From NCBI GenBank assembly GCA_027618255.1, contig JAQCFG010000001.1:1225-65224 (forward strand): 64,000 nucleotides of DNA, in the 5' to 3' direction. This document shows positions 17,601 to 29,035 of the stretch, one piece after another. Made by a program: the position numbers and the translations under genes. The DNA comes from Cyanobacteriota bacterium (GTDB lineage Bacteria > Cyanobacteriota > Vampirovibrionia > LMEP-6097). The notes beneath the pieces were generated by a model, which saw only the letters and a program-made list of their open reading frames with translations, was not told where the DNA came from and ran no database searches. Within the stretch, counting starts at the first letter, position 1; each line of letters starts with the position of its first letter.

Positions 17601-18923
17601 CTAGTAAACTAAGGGCAAATCAGTCCACTTAGAGGTAAAACACGGCGACCGATGCCCCTGCTTGGCGTTCCAGCCTGGTTTCTGCTCTTTATTAGAGCGC
17701 TTAGCGCCACTCGCTGCCCAAAACACCGTATTGAGCCCCAATGATAAATTCAGACCATCAACCAAATTAGACAGCTCTTGTTTTTGTCCCGTATTACTAA
17801 CTTGAGCATCCCAAATTGCCAGCTGCCGATCATCCTTATTAGCAAAATTGCTCAGAACCACTCCTGCCTTTCTATAAGAAAGCCCCTCTTCAAAAATATC
17901 ATCCAATATTACAAAAGCAGCTCGAATCAAATCAGGAGTATAAGAAGTTGGCTCCGCAAAATTATAATCAGCGGCAAGCTCTCGACCTCTGTAATGAGAT
18001 GCATCATCTGCCCGTAAAAAAATCTGCAAGGATTTCAATTCTTGATTTTGCACTCGAAGCTTCATCGCGGCACTAGCAACAAAACTGGCAACAGCCTCTC
18101 GCAGTTCTGGTAAAGTCTTGACTTTCGCACCAAATGATCTTGAACAAATGATGGATTTGTTTTGACTAGTGATTGCAGTTGCATCCAAGTCCAAACAAAC
18201 TTTGCCAGCAAGCTCCAAGACAGTGCGCATCGCATTGATACTAGCAACTTGCTTGAGCCAATCTCTATCAACATATTTCAAATCAAGAGCCGTCTTAATC
18301 CCTCTCTGGCTGAGGGTTCTCTGATAACCGCGACCAACTCCCCAAACATCAGCGAGCTCAACTTCTGACAAACAAAAATCAATTTGTGCTTCAGCCAAAG
18401 CCAAATCACTTTGATCAAAATACAAACTATAAACTCCAGTTCCATTTTCTTTGGCTATCTTGTTAGCGACCTTGGCAAGAGTCTTGTTTAGAGCAATGCC
18501 AATTGAAACAGGAATACCGGTGCAGCGTTCTACTTTGTTTTGAATTTGTTTGGCGCGAGTAATTAATTTACTTGGGCTATCCTTGGTCGTGTCCCCGAGT
18601 AAAACAAAGGCTTCATCGATTGAATATATTTCTTTGTGCTCCACTTCTTGGGCAAGTACCGACATCACTCGAGTTGACATATCACTATAAAGAGCAAAAT
18701 TGGAAGAGCGCTTATGTACTTGGTGTTTCCTGAAAATATACTCCAGCTTGAAAACCGGTTCACCCATTGCAATACCAAGGGCTTTTGCTTCCCGGGAGCG
18801 AGCAATTACACAACCATCATTATTTGATAAAACCACCACTGGTTTATTTTTCAAGCTCGGGTCAAAGACCCTCTCGCAAGAAACAAAAAAACTATTGCAA
18901 TCTAATAAAGCAAAAACCTTCAC
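17601..18923 (-). CDS. umuC: Y-family translesion DNA polymerase UmuC
   Basis: The N-terminus [20 protein letters not shown]...[23 protein letters not shown] and the SIDEAF catalytic motif are near-canonical for UmuC. Confidence 0.8.
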   Translation of the reverse strand: MKVFALLDCNSFFVSCERVFDPSLKNKPVVVLSNNDGCVIARSREAKALGIAMGEPVFKLEYIFRKHQVHKRSSNFALYSDMSTRVMSVLAQEVEHKEIYSIDEAFVLLGDTTKDSPSKLITRAKQIQNKVERCTGIPVSIGIALNKTLAKVANKIAKENGTGVYSLYFDQSDLALAEAQIDFCLSEVELADVWGVGRGYQRTLSQRGIKTALDLKYVDRDWLKQVASINAMRTVLELAGKVCLDLDATAITSQNKSIICSRSFGAKVKTLPELREAVASFVASAAMKLRVQNQELKSLQIFLRADDASHYRGRELAADYNFAEPTSYTPDLIRAAFVILDDIFEEGLSYRKAGVVLSNFANKDDRQLAIWDAQVSNTGQKQELSNLVDGLNLSLGLNTVFWAASGAKRSNKEQKPGWNAKQGHRSPCFTSKWTDLPLVY

Positions 18924-19249
18924 TCATAACCTCGTATCGAATGCAAGACCACTCCCCACAGCTCTTCTTGCTGACCGGCTTTGCAGTCAGAGAAACGCAT
19001 TAACAATAATTCAGTATCGCCATTAACAACAATCAAACTTGATGCCTTTGGAGTAATTGATCTATCGACAATTAGAAGATCACCATCATTAATACCCAAG
19101 TCTTGATGTCTTTGACCACTCATACGCATCACAAAACTAGCAGAAGGGTGACGTAAAAGATAACGATTAAAATCCAAAGCAAAATCGAATTGCTCCGCTT
19201 GTTCAAATGAGCCCATCTGCTCTGAATTCATAAATCGTAGTCCTGCCAT
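18920..19249 (-). CDS. umuD: UmuD-like protein (S24 LexA-like fold) of UmuD' length that apparently lacks the Ser/Lys dyad
   Basis: [36 protein letters not shown]...GVVLHSIR aligns with E. coli Umu[37 protein letters not shown]...GVVIHVVK. The gene overlaps umuC by 4 nt. Confidence 0.6.
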   Translation of the reverse strand: MAGLRFMNSEQMGSFEQAEQFDFALDFNRYLLRHPSASFVMRMSGQRHQDLGINDGDLLIVDRSITPKASSLIVVNGDTELLLMRFSDCKAGQQEELWGVVLHSIRGYE

Positions 19250-19438
19250 AGGACAATTATACTTACTTTCGTAAGGAGCGACGCTAAATATACTGTTTTA
19301 CCTCTTGACTATGACTTGCGTCAATATGCAAGATCGAATTAGAGCCCAAAAGCCCTGGTTTCACTAATCATTAAAATAAATCCCCAGGGGCTCAATGACC
19401 CCTTTCGATTTAGAGTCGCTTTTGCAATAATCAAAACC

Positions 19439-19675
19439 ATGGTCGAACAAATCAAGAAATTCAATTTCATAAAACCAAACGATAAGCAAAAAACCTATGC
19501 CGCAATAATATTTGCTGTGACTGGTGGTACTCTGATGTACACCGCCTGGCAATTCATTGTTCCAACGGAGTTAGACATGCCACCAATTAATCCTTTCGCA
19601 CTAGTATTCTTGGTACTCATAAGTTTAATTTTCATAAGAGTAGGTTATAATGTTTACTCAAAGGAGAGGAAATAA
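19439..19675 (+). CDS. Small hypothetical membrane protein
   Basis: 78-aa ORF with two hydrophobic helices; weak support. Confidence 0.3.
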   Translation: MVEQIKKFNFIKPNDKQKTYAAIIFAVTGGTLMYTAWQFIVPTELDMPPINPFALVFLVLISLIFIRVGYNVYSKERK

Positions 19676-19972
19676 ATGGACCCAGTCTGGTGGATTATTA
19701 TTTCAGTCATGCCAATACTAATTTTTGGACTCTTGGTAATACAAGCAGATAGACAAGCTCCTGAAGAAGCTTCAGAGCAACAACCCTAAATCTATAAAGG
19801 AGAGGGGAATGATTTTAAAAACTAATAAGGAGAGTATCCTGAGTAGCAAAGCTCAGGGTACGAGCAAAAACGCACATCCCGGCTATTGTAAGAGCTCAGG
19901 GCTTAGATATACCCTTTCGACAAAAGATGGCGGTAGGAGCTCAGGGGCTATATATACCCTTGCAGATGAAAA

Positions 19973-20047
<75 letters not shown>

Positions 20048-20069
20048 ACGGAGCAAGCTCATCAACAAA

Positions 20070-21749
20070 ATGAGTTTCTCTAAGAATACTACAACAACTT
20101 TAGTATCGGTGCTAGTATTGATGATTTTTTCATTTTTAAACCCTCTTCTTGCTAATACCAATTACCAAAGTAAGCTAGTTTTAAGCAAAAATACCAGTAT
20201 TGACCAAATTCGCTTCTTTAGGGATAGCTATATTTATAGCAATTATGGTCAGCTTTATTTTAAAGATTCTGCCATCAAACTACTCAACTCTAATGAGCAG
20301 GGCATAGTGATCAATGACATTTTTATCGACAACAATGATTTCTATCTAGCTACTGACATGGGGATCTTTCATAATTACCGCAGGATTTTTAGCAAAGAAC
20401 CTTGCCAGCAAATTATCAAAACACCTTCGCAAATATTTATCGCTTGCCAGCAAGGAATCTATAACGCCAAAATCGAAAAGAAAACTCTTCAGACTCATTT
20501 TGACTGGCAGCTCGATGAACTCAGTCCGCAAAATCCCAACTTCATTAGTCTCAATAAATCCAAAACCAAAGTCAAATACGCAAGCGCTACTAATGGATTC
20601 TTTTATCACGAGCGAAGCACTAGTTCCGTTAGTAAAGAGGGAATAGATTTGCGCAAGAAATCTAATCAGTGGATTAATAGAAGTTATGGACTCAAACGAG
20701 ACTTTCAAGACTCATTTGGTTTTGGTCGATTCCTAGAGCATGAAGCCAAATTATACCTAGCAACAAGCTCTGGCATTTTCACGAGTGCTAATCAAGGAGA
20801 ATCATGGGTAAAACACAACACTGGGCTCAAAGCCAATGCTGATGGCTTCTTTAGCATTAGGCAAATCAATCTTTACAATGGTCAGCTATTAGCTTTAACT
20901 AGTCAGGGTTTGTATCAATCACTTATACAAGAAGAACTTGACTGGCACCAAATCACAATTGCAAATACAAAAAAATCCTCAAACTATCAAAGTGATTTTT
21001 TGTCACTAGATATTCTTGATTCCACGATAATTCTTAGTAACTCACAAGGACAAGTTTTTAATTTGTCACCAGATACAAGTTATACAGCTTCAATCCACAA
21101 AGAAGAAAATCTACAACAAAATACCATAGAAGCAATAATCAAAGCAGAACCGAAGATCCAAGACTTACATAATATTGCATTAGAATTTGCTGGTATCCCC
21201 ACAGGCAAAAATTTTCGCACTTACAAAAGACAGGCTCGTCTAAGAAATCTCGTACCCGATTTTGAAGCATTTGCTGAGCATGACAGCCAAGACATTCTTT
21301 CAATTGAGACAGATGCTGGAGATAGCTTCACCTCAAATACAAGTAGCATCAACACTGATTTTGGCAAAACCAATCTTGATCGCGATGACGATAAAATCAA
21401 TACCGGAATCAAGTTTAAATGGAACCTGAGTAACTTAATTTATGACCCAGAAATCAATGACATTAATACTAGTGCAAGAATCACCGCCAATATCAGAGAG
21501 AACATTCTGACTGAACTTACCCAGATTTATTACAATCGCAAAGAACTTATTTATAGATTACTCAAACAAAGCCTCAATGAAACGACAGATGGTAATTACA
21601 AAGACAAACTACGTCTTGAAGAATACACTGCTCAACTTGACGCCCGTACCGGAGCTTGGTTTAGTCAAGAGCTTGAAAAAACTATCCAGAGCATAGTCGA
21701 GAATCTCGATCCAGAGAATCGAGCTCGAATACTCGCTCTTTACACATAG
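20070..21749 (+). CDS. Secreted hypothetical protein (Ser/Asn-rich)
   Basis: The ORF track start at 19809 overlaps tRNA-Gln. The first in-frame ATG after the tRNA is at 20070 and gives MSFSKNTTTTLVSVLVLMIFSFLNPLLA, which looks like a signal peptide. Confidence 0.5.
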   Translation: MSFSKNTTTTLVSVLVLMIFSFLNPLLANTNYQSKLVLSKNTSIDQIRFFRDSYIYSNYGQLYFKDSAIKLLNSNEQGIVINDIFIDNNDFYLATDMGIFHNYRRIFSKEPCQQIIKTPSQIFIACQQGIYNAKIEKKTLQTHFDWQLDELSPQNPNFISLNKSKTKVKYASATNGFFYHERSTSSVSKEGIDLRKKSNQWINRSYGLKRDFQDSFGFGRFLEHEAKLYLATSSGIFTSANQGESWVKHNTGLKANADGFFSIRQINLYNGQLLALTSQGLYQSLIQEELDWHQITIANTKKSSNYQSDFLSLDILDSTIILSNSQGQVFNLSPDTSYTASIHKEENLQQNTIEAIIKAEPKIQDLHNIALEFAGIPTGKNFRTYKRQARLRNLVPDFEAFAEHDSQDILSIETDAGDSFTSNTSSINTDFGKTNLDRDDDKINTGIKFKWNLSNLIYDPEINDINTSARITANIRENILTELTQIYYNRKELIYRLLKQSLNETTDGNYKDKLRLEEYTAQLDARTGAWFSQELEKTIQSIVENLDPENRARILALYT

Positions 21750-21761
21750 GAGAAAACAATC

Positions 21762-22814
21762 ATGAATTATATTATTTACCTGCTACTAGTATTAGTAGTA
21801 CTCAATCCAGCACTCGCCCGAAGAATCAAAGGCATACCCAGCCCTGTTATTAATCAAATCGACAAGCCACTTAGCAGCCCAAATACAATCATCGAGCTAC
21901 AAGGGCAAGGTTTTATCAAAGGTATGCCAAACGCTCACAAAGTAATTTTGACTAATAATGAACAAAAAATCAAAGCACAAGTCATCAAAGCCAATGGTGA
22001 TATGCTTAGACTGCAAATTCCACCGGAACTAAGTTATGGTGACTTTGATATTTACGTCCAAATCAAAACTCGTCTACTCAAAAGCAAACGCAGCAAATCA
22101 AGTGAGCCATTATTACTAAGACCAGTCGCTCCAGCCAAACCAGACTTGAATTATCAAACAATACAGCATCAAAGTGAGTTAGATTACATATATAACAATG
22201 ATAATGAGTTAGATTATGAATTATTAGACGAGATCAAAATCGGAGAAAATAAAATACAATCATTTTATTACCAAGATGGTTTTCAAAGTATCAAAAGTGA
22301 GCCCAGTAATTTTTATTATCTCCCAGAACTGGCTATAGAAAACCAACTTGAGATCAACTCTGAATTACCAATCGAATCTTTTGCTGTCAATAAATTCCTC
22401 GGTACAAAGTATGACGTCAGTCCAGTGACTAATACTGAGCTCAATGAACTCTCTAGACATTATTACCTCAAAACCCCATCCCGAGAGCGTTACCTAGAAT
22501 ATTCCATCGAGCTCAGCCCGGTCTTCATTGAGCAAATCCATGTTACAGAACCAGAATATGCACTAATCAAAAACAGATCAAGTACTGACTTCGATTTAAG
22601 CAATTGCAATTTTGCTGACAGTATAAGAGACCGCTATCAATTTACCAATGAAACAATTCCAGCCAAATCACAGCTACGTATCGAAACTAATCTTGGACTC
22701 AATGACACAGGAGCTGATCAACTAAAACTCAAATGTAGTGAAATAAGCATAGATCAGTTTGCTTATGACAAACTCGATGAAGCTGGCTTTGGGATTAAAC
22801 TAAGGACTCGCTGA
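21762..22814 (+). CDS. Secreted hypothetical protein
   Basis: Signal peptide MNYIIYLLLVLVVLNPALA; 13 nt downstream of the previous gene, so probably an operon. Confidence 0.5.
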   Translation: MNYIIYLLLVLVVLNPALARRIKGIPSPVINQIDKPLSSPNTIIELQGQGFIKGMPNAHKVILTNNEQKIKAQVIKANGDMLRLQIPPELSYGDFDIYVQIKTRLLKSKRSKSSEPLLLRPVAPAKPDLNYQTIQHQSELDYIYNNDNELDYELLDEIKIGENKIQSFYYQDGFQSIKSEPSNFYYLPELAIENQLEINSELPIESFAVNKFLGTKYDVSPVTNTELNELSRHYYLKTPSRERYLEYSIELSPVFIEQIHVTEPEYALIKNRSSTDFDLSNCNFADSIRDRYQFTNETIPAKSQLRIETNLGLNDTGADQLKLKCSEISIDQFAYDKLDEAGFGIKLRTR

Positions 22815-22822
22815 ACAAGTGA

Positions 22823-24163
22823 TTAAGCGGTCTTTGGCTTAGCTTGGACTTTTGTTTGAACTCTCTTTGTTTCTTTTTTACTTGCATCTATTGAGATCAC
22901 TTCGGCAAGATTAATATTCTCTACCATCTGTCTAGTAACAGTGATTTCCTTGATTGTCTTCGATGAAGGTACCTCAAACATAAGATCTTTCATCACAGAT
23001 TCAATGATACTTCGAAGTGCTCTTGCACCCATTTTACGCTTTTGAGCTTTCTGCGCAATAGCCACGATCGCATCATCGTTAAAAGTCAATTCAACTCCAT
23101 CCATCTCCATGAGCTTGGCATATTGCTTAGTAAGTGAATTGCGAGGCTTGGTCAAAATCAGTTTGAGAGTCTCAATATCAGGAGCTTCTAAATAGGAGAC
23201 AATCGGCATACGTCCGACAAACTCAGGGATCAAACCAAAATGCACTAAATCCTCAGCTTCAACATACTTGAATGACTCGCTAAGACGCTGTGCCTTCTCA
23301 TCATCAGTAGTACTAATAGAACCAAAACCAACAGTCGAGTGTGATTTGAGCCTACGCTTGTCGATAGTTTTATCCAAACCAACAAAAGCACCACCACAAA
23401 TAAACAAAATATTGCTGGTATCAAGCTCAATCATATCCATCTGTGGATGCTTACGATTACCATGAGCAGGAATATTAGCTTTGGTACCTTCGATCATTTT
23501 GAGCAAGGCTTGTTGCACGCCTTCACCTGAAACATCACGAGTAATAGATGGATTTTCAGATTTGCGAGTAATCTTGTCTATCTCATCAATGTAAATAATT
23601 CCTTTTTCTGCTTTCCCTAAATCATTATCAGCATTTTGATAAAGTCTCTGTAAAATATTTTCAGCATCCTCACCAACATAACCAGCCTCTGTAATAGTGG
23701 TGGCATCTGCAATTGCAAAAGGTACATTGAGATACTTGGCAAGTGTCTCTACCACGTGTGTCTTACCACTACCCGTTGGTCCTATCAATAAAATATTAGA
23801 CTTTTGGATTTCTATCTCATTGTCTTTAGAACTAAAGTTGTGAAAAATTCTTTTGTAATGATTATAGACGGCAACCGACAAAGTCTTCTTCGCTTCATCA
23901 CTACCAATCACATATTCATCAAGATGCGCTTTGATTTCCTTGGGTGTAGGAATCTTGTCAGCATCAAAAAGATCAAAGCCTAATTTCTTAGAGATTTCTT
24001 CTTCATGTTCCGAACTAATACCTTCATCAACCAGAATCTCATTACAGAGATGGACGCATTCGTCACAGATATAAATACCTGGGCCTGCTATTAGTTTTTG
24101 TACTTGATCTTGAGTTTTACCACAAAAAGAACATTGCAAGAGTGGGAGGTCTTTCTTTGCCAT
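22823..24163 (-). CDS. clpX: ATP-dependent Clp protease ATP-binding subunit ClpX
   Basis: N-terminal C4 zinc finger CSFCGK...CDEC, Walker A GPTGSGKT and the canonical ClpX body. Confidence 0.9.
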   Translation of the reverse strand: MAKKDLPLLQCSFCGKTQDQVQKLIAGPGIYICDECVHLCNEILVDEGISSEHEEEISKKLGFDLFDADKIPTPKEIKAHLDEYVIGSDEAKKTLSVAVYNHYKRIFHNFSSKDNEIEIQKSNILLIGPTGSGKTHVVETLAKYLNVPFAIADATTITEAGYVGEDAENILQRLYQNADNDLGKAEKGIIYIDEIDKITRKSENPSITRDVSGEGVQQALLKMIEGTKANIPAHGNRKHPQMDMIELDTSNILFICGGAFVGLDKTIDKRRLKSHSTVGFGSISTTDDEKAQRLSESFKYVEAEDLVHFGLIPEFVGRMPIVSYLEAPDIETLKLILTKPRNSLTKQYAKLMEMDGVELTFNDDAIVAIAQKAQKRKMGARALRSIIESVMKDLMFEVPSSKTIKEITVTRQMVENINLAEVISIDASKKETKRVQTKVQAKPKTA

Positions 24164-24188
24164 ATATAGATTTAATTATAGTATGAAT

Positions 24189-24791
24189 TTAGTTATTAGA
24201 TTCAAGATCACCAGGACGTTTAATAACTACTTCATCAATCAAGCCATATTCCTTAGCTTGCTGTGCTGTCATGATATTGTCACGATCTGTATCTTTTTCA
24301 ACAACATGAATATCTTTGCCAGTGTTATAAGCAAGAATCTGATTCAATAATTTCTTTAATCTCATAATCTCATTAGCTTGAATTTCAATATCAGAGGCTT
24401 GTCCTTGAGCACCACCAAGTGGTTGGTGAATCAAAACTCTAGAATTAGGTAAAGCCATTCTCTTACCTTTTTGTCCAGAACTTAACAAGAAAGCACCCAT
24501 ACTGGCACACTGTCCAAGACAGATGGTTACGATGTCAGCACGAACATGCTGCATAGTATCGTACATTGCAAGACCAGCAGTAACAGAACCGCCAGGACTG
24601 TTAATGTAAAAATAAATATCTTTTGAAGCATCTTCTGAATCAAGAAGAAGTAATTGTCCAACAATGATACTTGACACTGGATCGTTTACTTCTGAAGTTA
24701 GAAATATAATACGTTCTCTAAGTAGTCTTGAGAATAAGTCAAAGCTTCTCTCTCCTCTTGGAGTTGTCTCAATGACACTTGGCACATACAT
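24189..24791 (-). CDS. clpP: ATP-dependent Clp protease proteolytic subunit ClpP
   Basis: Ser/His/Asp triad context GQCASMG and LIHQP. The ORF track extends to 24923, but the conserved ClpP N-terminus starts at [18 protein letters not shown]. Confidence 0.85.
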   Translation of the reverse strand: MYVPSVIETTPRGERSFDLFSRLLRERIIFLTSEVNDPVSSIIVGQLLLLDSEDASKDIYFYINSPGGSVTAGLAMYDTMQHVRADIVTICLGQCASMGAFLLSSGQKGKRMALPNSRVLIHQPLGGAQGQASDIEIQANEIMRLKKLLNQILAYNTGKDIHVVEKDTDRDNIMTAQQAKEYGLIDEVVIKRPGDLESNN

Positions 24792-25020
24792 ACTCGTTAT
24801 GTTATTAGTTGTCCCATGCACATCAAAAGGATTTGGTAATCCTAAGTCTTGGGTTATTGCTCTAATGTTAGCTTTGGTCTCTCGTTTAATATCTCTGTAA
24901 TCCATACCTATAAAATACCACATTTCACAACGAGTCTATCCTCAAAGTCACATCTGTTGCGTTATCTTCTAAGGATGCAAATTCTGGCGTGGCTTATCTT
25001 TAGCGTTACAATTACTATTA

Positions 25021-26190
25021 ATGTCTACACTTTCTCAAAAAATCAACGAACAGCTCGAGAAAAACTATGTCGCTTTTCATAGCCCTGCTCATGCAGGCAA
25101 ATTAAACGCCAGAGACCTCACCGAATTAGATGGTCTAGATGACTTGCAATACCCGGAAGGTGTATTAAAAGAATCTCAAGAATTTGTCGCAGAGATTTTT
25201 GGAGCCCAGCGTAGTTTCTTTTTGGTTAATGGGGCGAGTGTTGGCATGCAAGCAGCCTGTATCGCATTACAAATCTATCTCAATTCAATTAATGACACAC
25301 GCCCTGTGTTAGTTGCCCGCAATGTTCATAAGTCGGTCATTGCAGGAATCATCCTTGCAGGTTTAACAATAGAGTGGTTTGAACCGGAGTGGAACGAAGA
25401 GCTTGGAATCTATACTGTCACCCGCCTTCACGATGCTACGGCGCGATCCAGTCAACAATATTCGGCAATCATTCTAAGCAACCCAACTTATGAAGGTTTT
25501 CACACCGAATTGAGCACAATGGATATTCCAGTCATTATCGACGAAGCGCACGGAGCCCATTACCAATTCTCCAATCAGCTTCCTGCAACGGCTTTAGAGC
25601 AAGGTGCTGATATCTCAGTGCAGTCATGGCACAAAACTCTCGGTAGCTTAGGTCAAACAGGAGTCTTGCATATTTCTAAACAATGCAAAATCCCAAGTCA
25701 ATATATCGAAGACTCGCTACGACTATTACAAACAACCAGCCCGAGTTATTTACTGATGGAGAGTCTGACAGAAACAGCAAGCCTCTACGCTGATGAAGGT
25801 CAAGGAATAGTAGAAGAGACAATTCGCATCAGTAAAAAAATCAAACTCAATCCTTATCTCAATCACGACCCATATCGATTTATTATTCAAGGACCCGGTT
25901 TTGCTATAGAAGATCTATTGAAAGAGAATGGCATATTAATAGAAGCAGCTTATGACAACTTTGCGCTTCTGTTTATTAATCCTGGAAATGATATTGCGGA
26001 TATAGTGAAGCTCAATGCGCAAGCAAGTAAAATCGAAGAATTGATCAAAAATCACAAGACTAAGCCAATCCCCTATTCCCCACTCCCTGGTCCCCATGCA
26101 CTCAGAGAGGCTTTCTTTGCTGGTGATACAAGTATCGAAGCCCCTTGTCCGCCGGGTATTCCCCTAAAGATACCTGGATTCAATCAATAA
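25021..26190 (+). CDS. PLP-dependent Orn/Lys/Arg decarboxylase family protein (short form)
   Basis: SWHKTLGSLGQTGVLHI matches the S-x-HK PLP-lysine motif of the OKR decarboxylase major domain. Confidence 0.6.
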   Translation: MSTLSQKINEQLEKNYVAFHSPAHAGKLNARDLTELDGLDDLQYPEGVLKESQEFVAEIFGAQRSFFLVNGASVGMQAACIALQIYLNSINDTRPVLVARNVHKSVIAGIILAGLTIEWFEPEWNEELGIYTVTRLHDATARSSQQYSAIILSNPTYEGFHTELSTMDIPVIIDEAHGAHYQFSNQLPATALEQGADISVQSWHKTLGSLGQTGVLHISKQCKIPSQYIEDSLRLLQTTSPSYLLMESLTETASLYADEGQGIVEETIRISKKIKLNPYLNHDPYRFIIQGPGFAIEDLLKENGILIEAAYDNFALLFINPGNDIADIVKLNAQASKIEELIKNHKTKPIPYSPLPGPHALREAFFAGDTSIEAPCPPGIPLKIPGFNQ

Positions 26191-26229
26191 GTATTGACCC
26201 CGTCCGCCAATCCGTATTAATATATTAAT

Positions 26230-27795
26230 ATGCAGAGTACTCAAGTAAGTTCTGCCATAAATACTCATCGAAATGACAAGCTTTTTTCATCAAGGCCAGA
26301 CTCTGTTTCGCTTAATACCGGACGCCCCACTAACAATGATATCCATGAAGCACCCAAACTTGTATTAGGTAATCCTCCAGAAGATGCCAACAAGATTGGA
26401 CAAGAAACTAGAAACAAAGCAATCAAAGAAATGAAATTTAACTTCATGGATATTTTCAAACCACATCAAGCCTTTATGAAGCTTGTTAACAAACTTCTTT
26501 ATCAACCACAAAAAATACACCCTCTTAATTTAGCCATGAAATTCCAAGAATTGAAAAATGCAGGCTTACCAATGGAAGATCAATTTATCAAAACAAAAGA
26601 CGATCAATATATAAGGATGTGGTTTGCCCAAAATTCAAAAGCTAATGCAATGACCAAAATTTATTTCCATGGCAACGCTGGAGATATAACTAGCTTTACT
26701 GATCAAGCAATTCAAGACTACCAAGATGGTTACAATGTCTGCATGGCAAGCTATAGAGGCTATTCTGGAACTAATGGTATTCCAACTGAACAAGGCTTGA
26801 TTAATGATGGACTTGCTATATTTGAAGAATTAATAGATAGACGTGGTATTGCAGCTGAGACTATTGATATTAAAGCTCATTCACTTGGCGCGGCTGTAGC
26901 TATTCATGCTATTGAGCAAAGGAATAGAGAACGTAACCCTGCTTACTACAAAGAAATGAAGAATATTAAATCAATAGCTGATTTAGATAAACTGATTATA
27001 GAACGCTTTAATCATCTCACACTAGGCTCGACGTTTGTGAGCATTAAAGAACTAGCAAGAGATAAGTTTAAATTTATACCAAACTTCATCAAACAATTAC
27101 TCACAAAAAACATTTGGGACAACAAAGGTAAAATCAGACTACTCTCCAATATAAAACATATTAGATTTCTTCATGGAGACAAGGATCAAGTTATTCCTCT
27201 TAGACACGGGCAAGAATTACAACAGTTTGTTCGAGGATTGGGAATGCCATCAGAAATAATAATCGCTGAAGGAGCTGATCATGATAATGTCTCTGCAACC
27301 CTATCAAAACAAGGTAAACTCTATGCGATCAAAGCTTTAATACCGTATCAAGGACATTACAATCATATAACCAACCCTCTTTCTCACAGTGAAAAATATG
27401 CTGCAGAACATGCCGTTGATGTTTGTACGCCAATAGGTAGTCCAATATCTGCAATGAGAGATGGTACCGTAATTGATGTTCAAGATCAGTTTGAAGAACA
27501 TCCTCAAGATTTTAGAGCAGAAGCTGATGAAAAAATATTAGAAAAACTCTCTCAAAAAACTAACTACATTTTAATCAAAGGAGAGGATGGCTTAATACAA
27601 ACCTATCTGCACGTACAACAGGCTAGCTCTAAAGTCAAAGTTGGCGACAAAGTCAAAGCTGGACAAGAAATCTGCAGCAGTGGTCACAATGGTGCAACAA
27701 CTGAACCACATATTCATTTGGAAATATCTATTGAGGATGAATCAGCACCAAATGACAAGGTTTCTCTACCAATCCAGTTTACAACAACCCTCTAA
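26230..27795 (+). CDS. Fusion protein: alpha/beta-hydrolase domain plus M23 (LytM-type) metallopeptidase domain
   Basis: HGNAGD and KAHSLGAAVA (GxSxG nucleophile) in the middle; HAVDV (HxxxD) and PHIHLEI (HxH) at the C-terminus. Confidence 0.55.
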   Translation: MQSTQVSSAINTHRNDKLFSSRPDSVSLNTGRPTNNDIHEAPKLVLGNPPEDANKIGQETRNKAIKEMKFNFMDIFKPHQAFMKLVNKLLYQPQKIHPLNLAMKFQELKNAGLPMEDQFIKTKDDQYIRMWFAQNSKANAMTKIYFHGNAGDITSFTDQAIQDYQDGYNVCMASYRGYSGTNGIPTEQGLINDGLAIFEELIDRRGIAAETIDIKAHSLGAAVAIHAIEQRNRERNPAYYKEMKNIKSIADLDKLIIERFNHLTLGSTFVSIKELARDKFKFIPNFIKQLLTKNIWDNKGKIRLLSNIKHIRFLHGDKDQVIPLRHGQELQQFVRGLGMPSEIIIAEGADHDNVSATLSKQGKLYAIKALIPYQGHYNHITNPLSHSEKYAAEHAVDVCTPIGSPISAMRDGTVIDVQDQFEEHPQDFRAEADEKILEKLSQKTNYILIKGEDGLIQTYLHVQQASSKVKVGDKVKAGQEICSSGHNGATTEPHIHLEISIEDESAPNDKVSLPIQFTTTL

Positions 27796-27816
27796 AAGGA
27801 ATAGAATTACAAAATC

Positions 27817-28791
27817 TTGCACCAAACCAAACCTAAACACCTAAAGCATCTGGAAGAACACAAGTTCCACAAACTAATAATTGGTGCAGCACTCAAGGAT
27901 TATAAAACGATAGAAGAGTACTCTCAGCTCTTCACTCATGCTGGAGCCGATGTAATAGATATTTCTGCTTTCCCGCATTCTGTTATTTCTGCTAAACAAG
28001 GAATCGCTAATGCACTTAAAGAAGATGCTAATTTAACAGTGCCATTAATAATGGTTAGTGTGAATATAGGACAAGACCCCCACTTCAGACGTATAGAACT
28101 TCAAGAAGAAAACTGCACTGAGTGTTTGGCATGTGTCCCAACTTGTCCTTCTGGGGCTTTTCAAAATAACGAGTTTAGCTACAATGATGATTTATGTTTT
28201 GGCTGCTCTCTCTGCCTACCGAGTTGCCACTTTGACGCACTCAAATTCACAAACTGGTCAGCTTTTGAAACCAAGTCACTAATTGAGCTTCAAGAGCTTG
28301 GAGCAAGAGCAATTGAAATCCATCTCAATAATGACCTTCATGCCTTTAGTGAATTCTATAAATCAATTCCAGAATTTGAGCTAGAGTCATTTTGTATTGG
28401 CTCTGGGCAAATGGACCCAGCTCAATTAGTCAAAGCAGCTGAAACTATAATCCAGGAAGTCAAAAACAAACATGATGCAGCTAAAGCATTAATTATCCAG
28501 GTTGACGGCAAAGCAATGTCAGGTGCCGCTGAGCAGAACACTGACATCGTAAGTATCGAAGCAGCTAAATCAATAATGCATTTGCAAAGTGATACCGTAT
28601 TTATTCAATTAGCTGGTGGTATCACTGACCAGAGTTTTACTAAAGCATTTAAAGCAGGTGTCAAAGTCAATGGAGTTGCAATTGGATCTTACGCACGCAA
28701 AAAAATATCTACTATAAGGAAGTTCTCAAACAAAATAGAATTCGCCGCAAAACTAGTGCAAAACCCGGGAACACAGAGCCTTGATAATTAA
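27817..28791 (+). CDS. 4Fe-4S dicluster (ferredoxin-type) domain protein
   Basis: Two CxxCxxCxxxCP motifs (CTECLACVPTCP and CFGCSLCLPSCH) flanked by a TIM-barrel-like sequence. Confidence 0.5.
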   Translation: MHQTKPKHLKHLEEHKFHKLIIGAALKDYKTIEEYSQLFTHAGADVIDISAFPHSVISAKQGIANALKEDANLTVPLIMVSVNIGQDPHFRRIELQEENCTECLACVPTCPSGAFQNNEFSYNDDLCFGCSLCLPSCHFDALKFTNWSAFETKSLIELQELGARAIEIHLNNDLHAFSEFYKSIPEFELESFCIGSGQMDPAQLVKAAETIIQEVKNKHDAAKALIIQVDGKAMSGAAEQNTDIVSIEAAKSIMHLQSDTVFIQLAGGITDQSFTKAFKAGVKVNGVAIGSYARKKISTIRKFSNKIEFAAKLVQNPGTQSLDN

Positions 28792-29035
28792 ACTTTAATC
28801 AGCAAATCAAATTATCTAGCAAAAACAGGGCAATTTCGTCTATACAGACTAGGTAAAAGCCGTAAAACATAGTTACAAATTAACAATTCACAGGTATAAT
28901 GCAAATAGGCGCCGTAGCCAATCACGATGACTAAAGTTAAAGCGATTAAGTTTCTAAATAAAATATTAAGATCTTGTTTCATTGGTCAGAATGAATTCGA
29001 CTTAGCACGCCTAAACAAAGGAGAATCATAAACAT

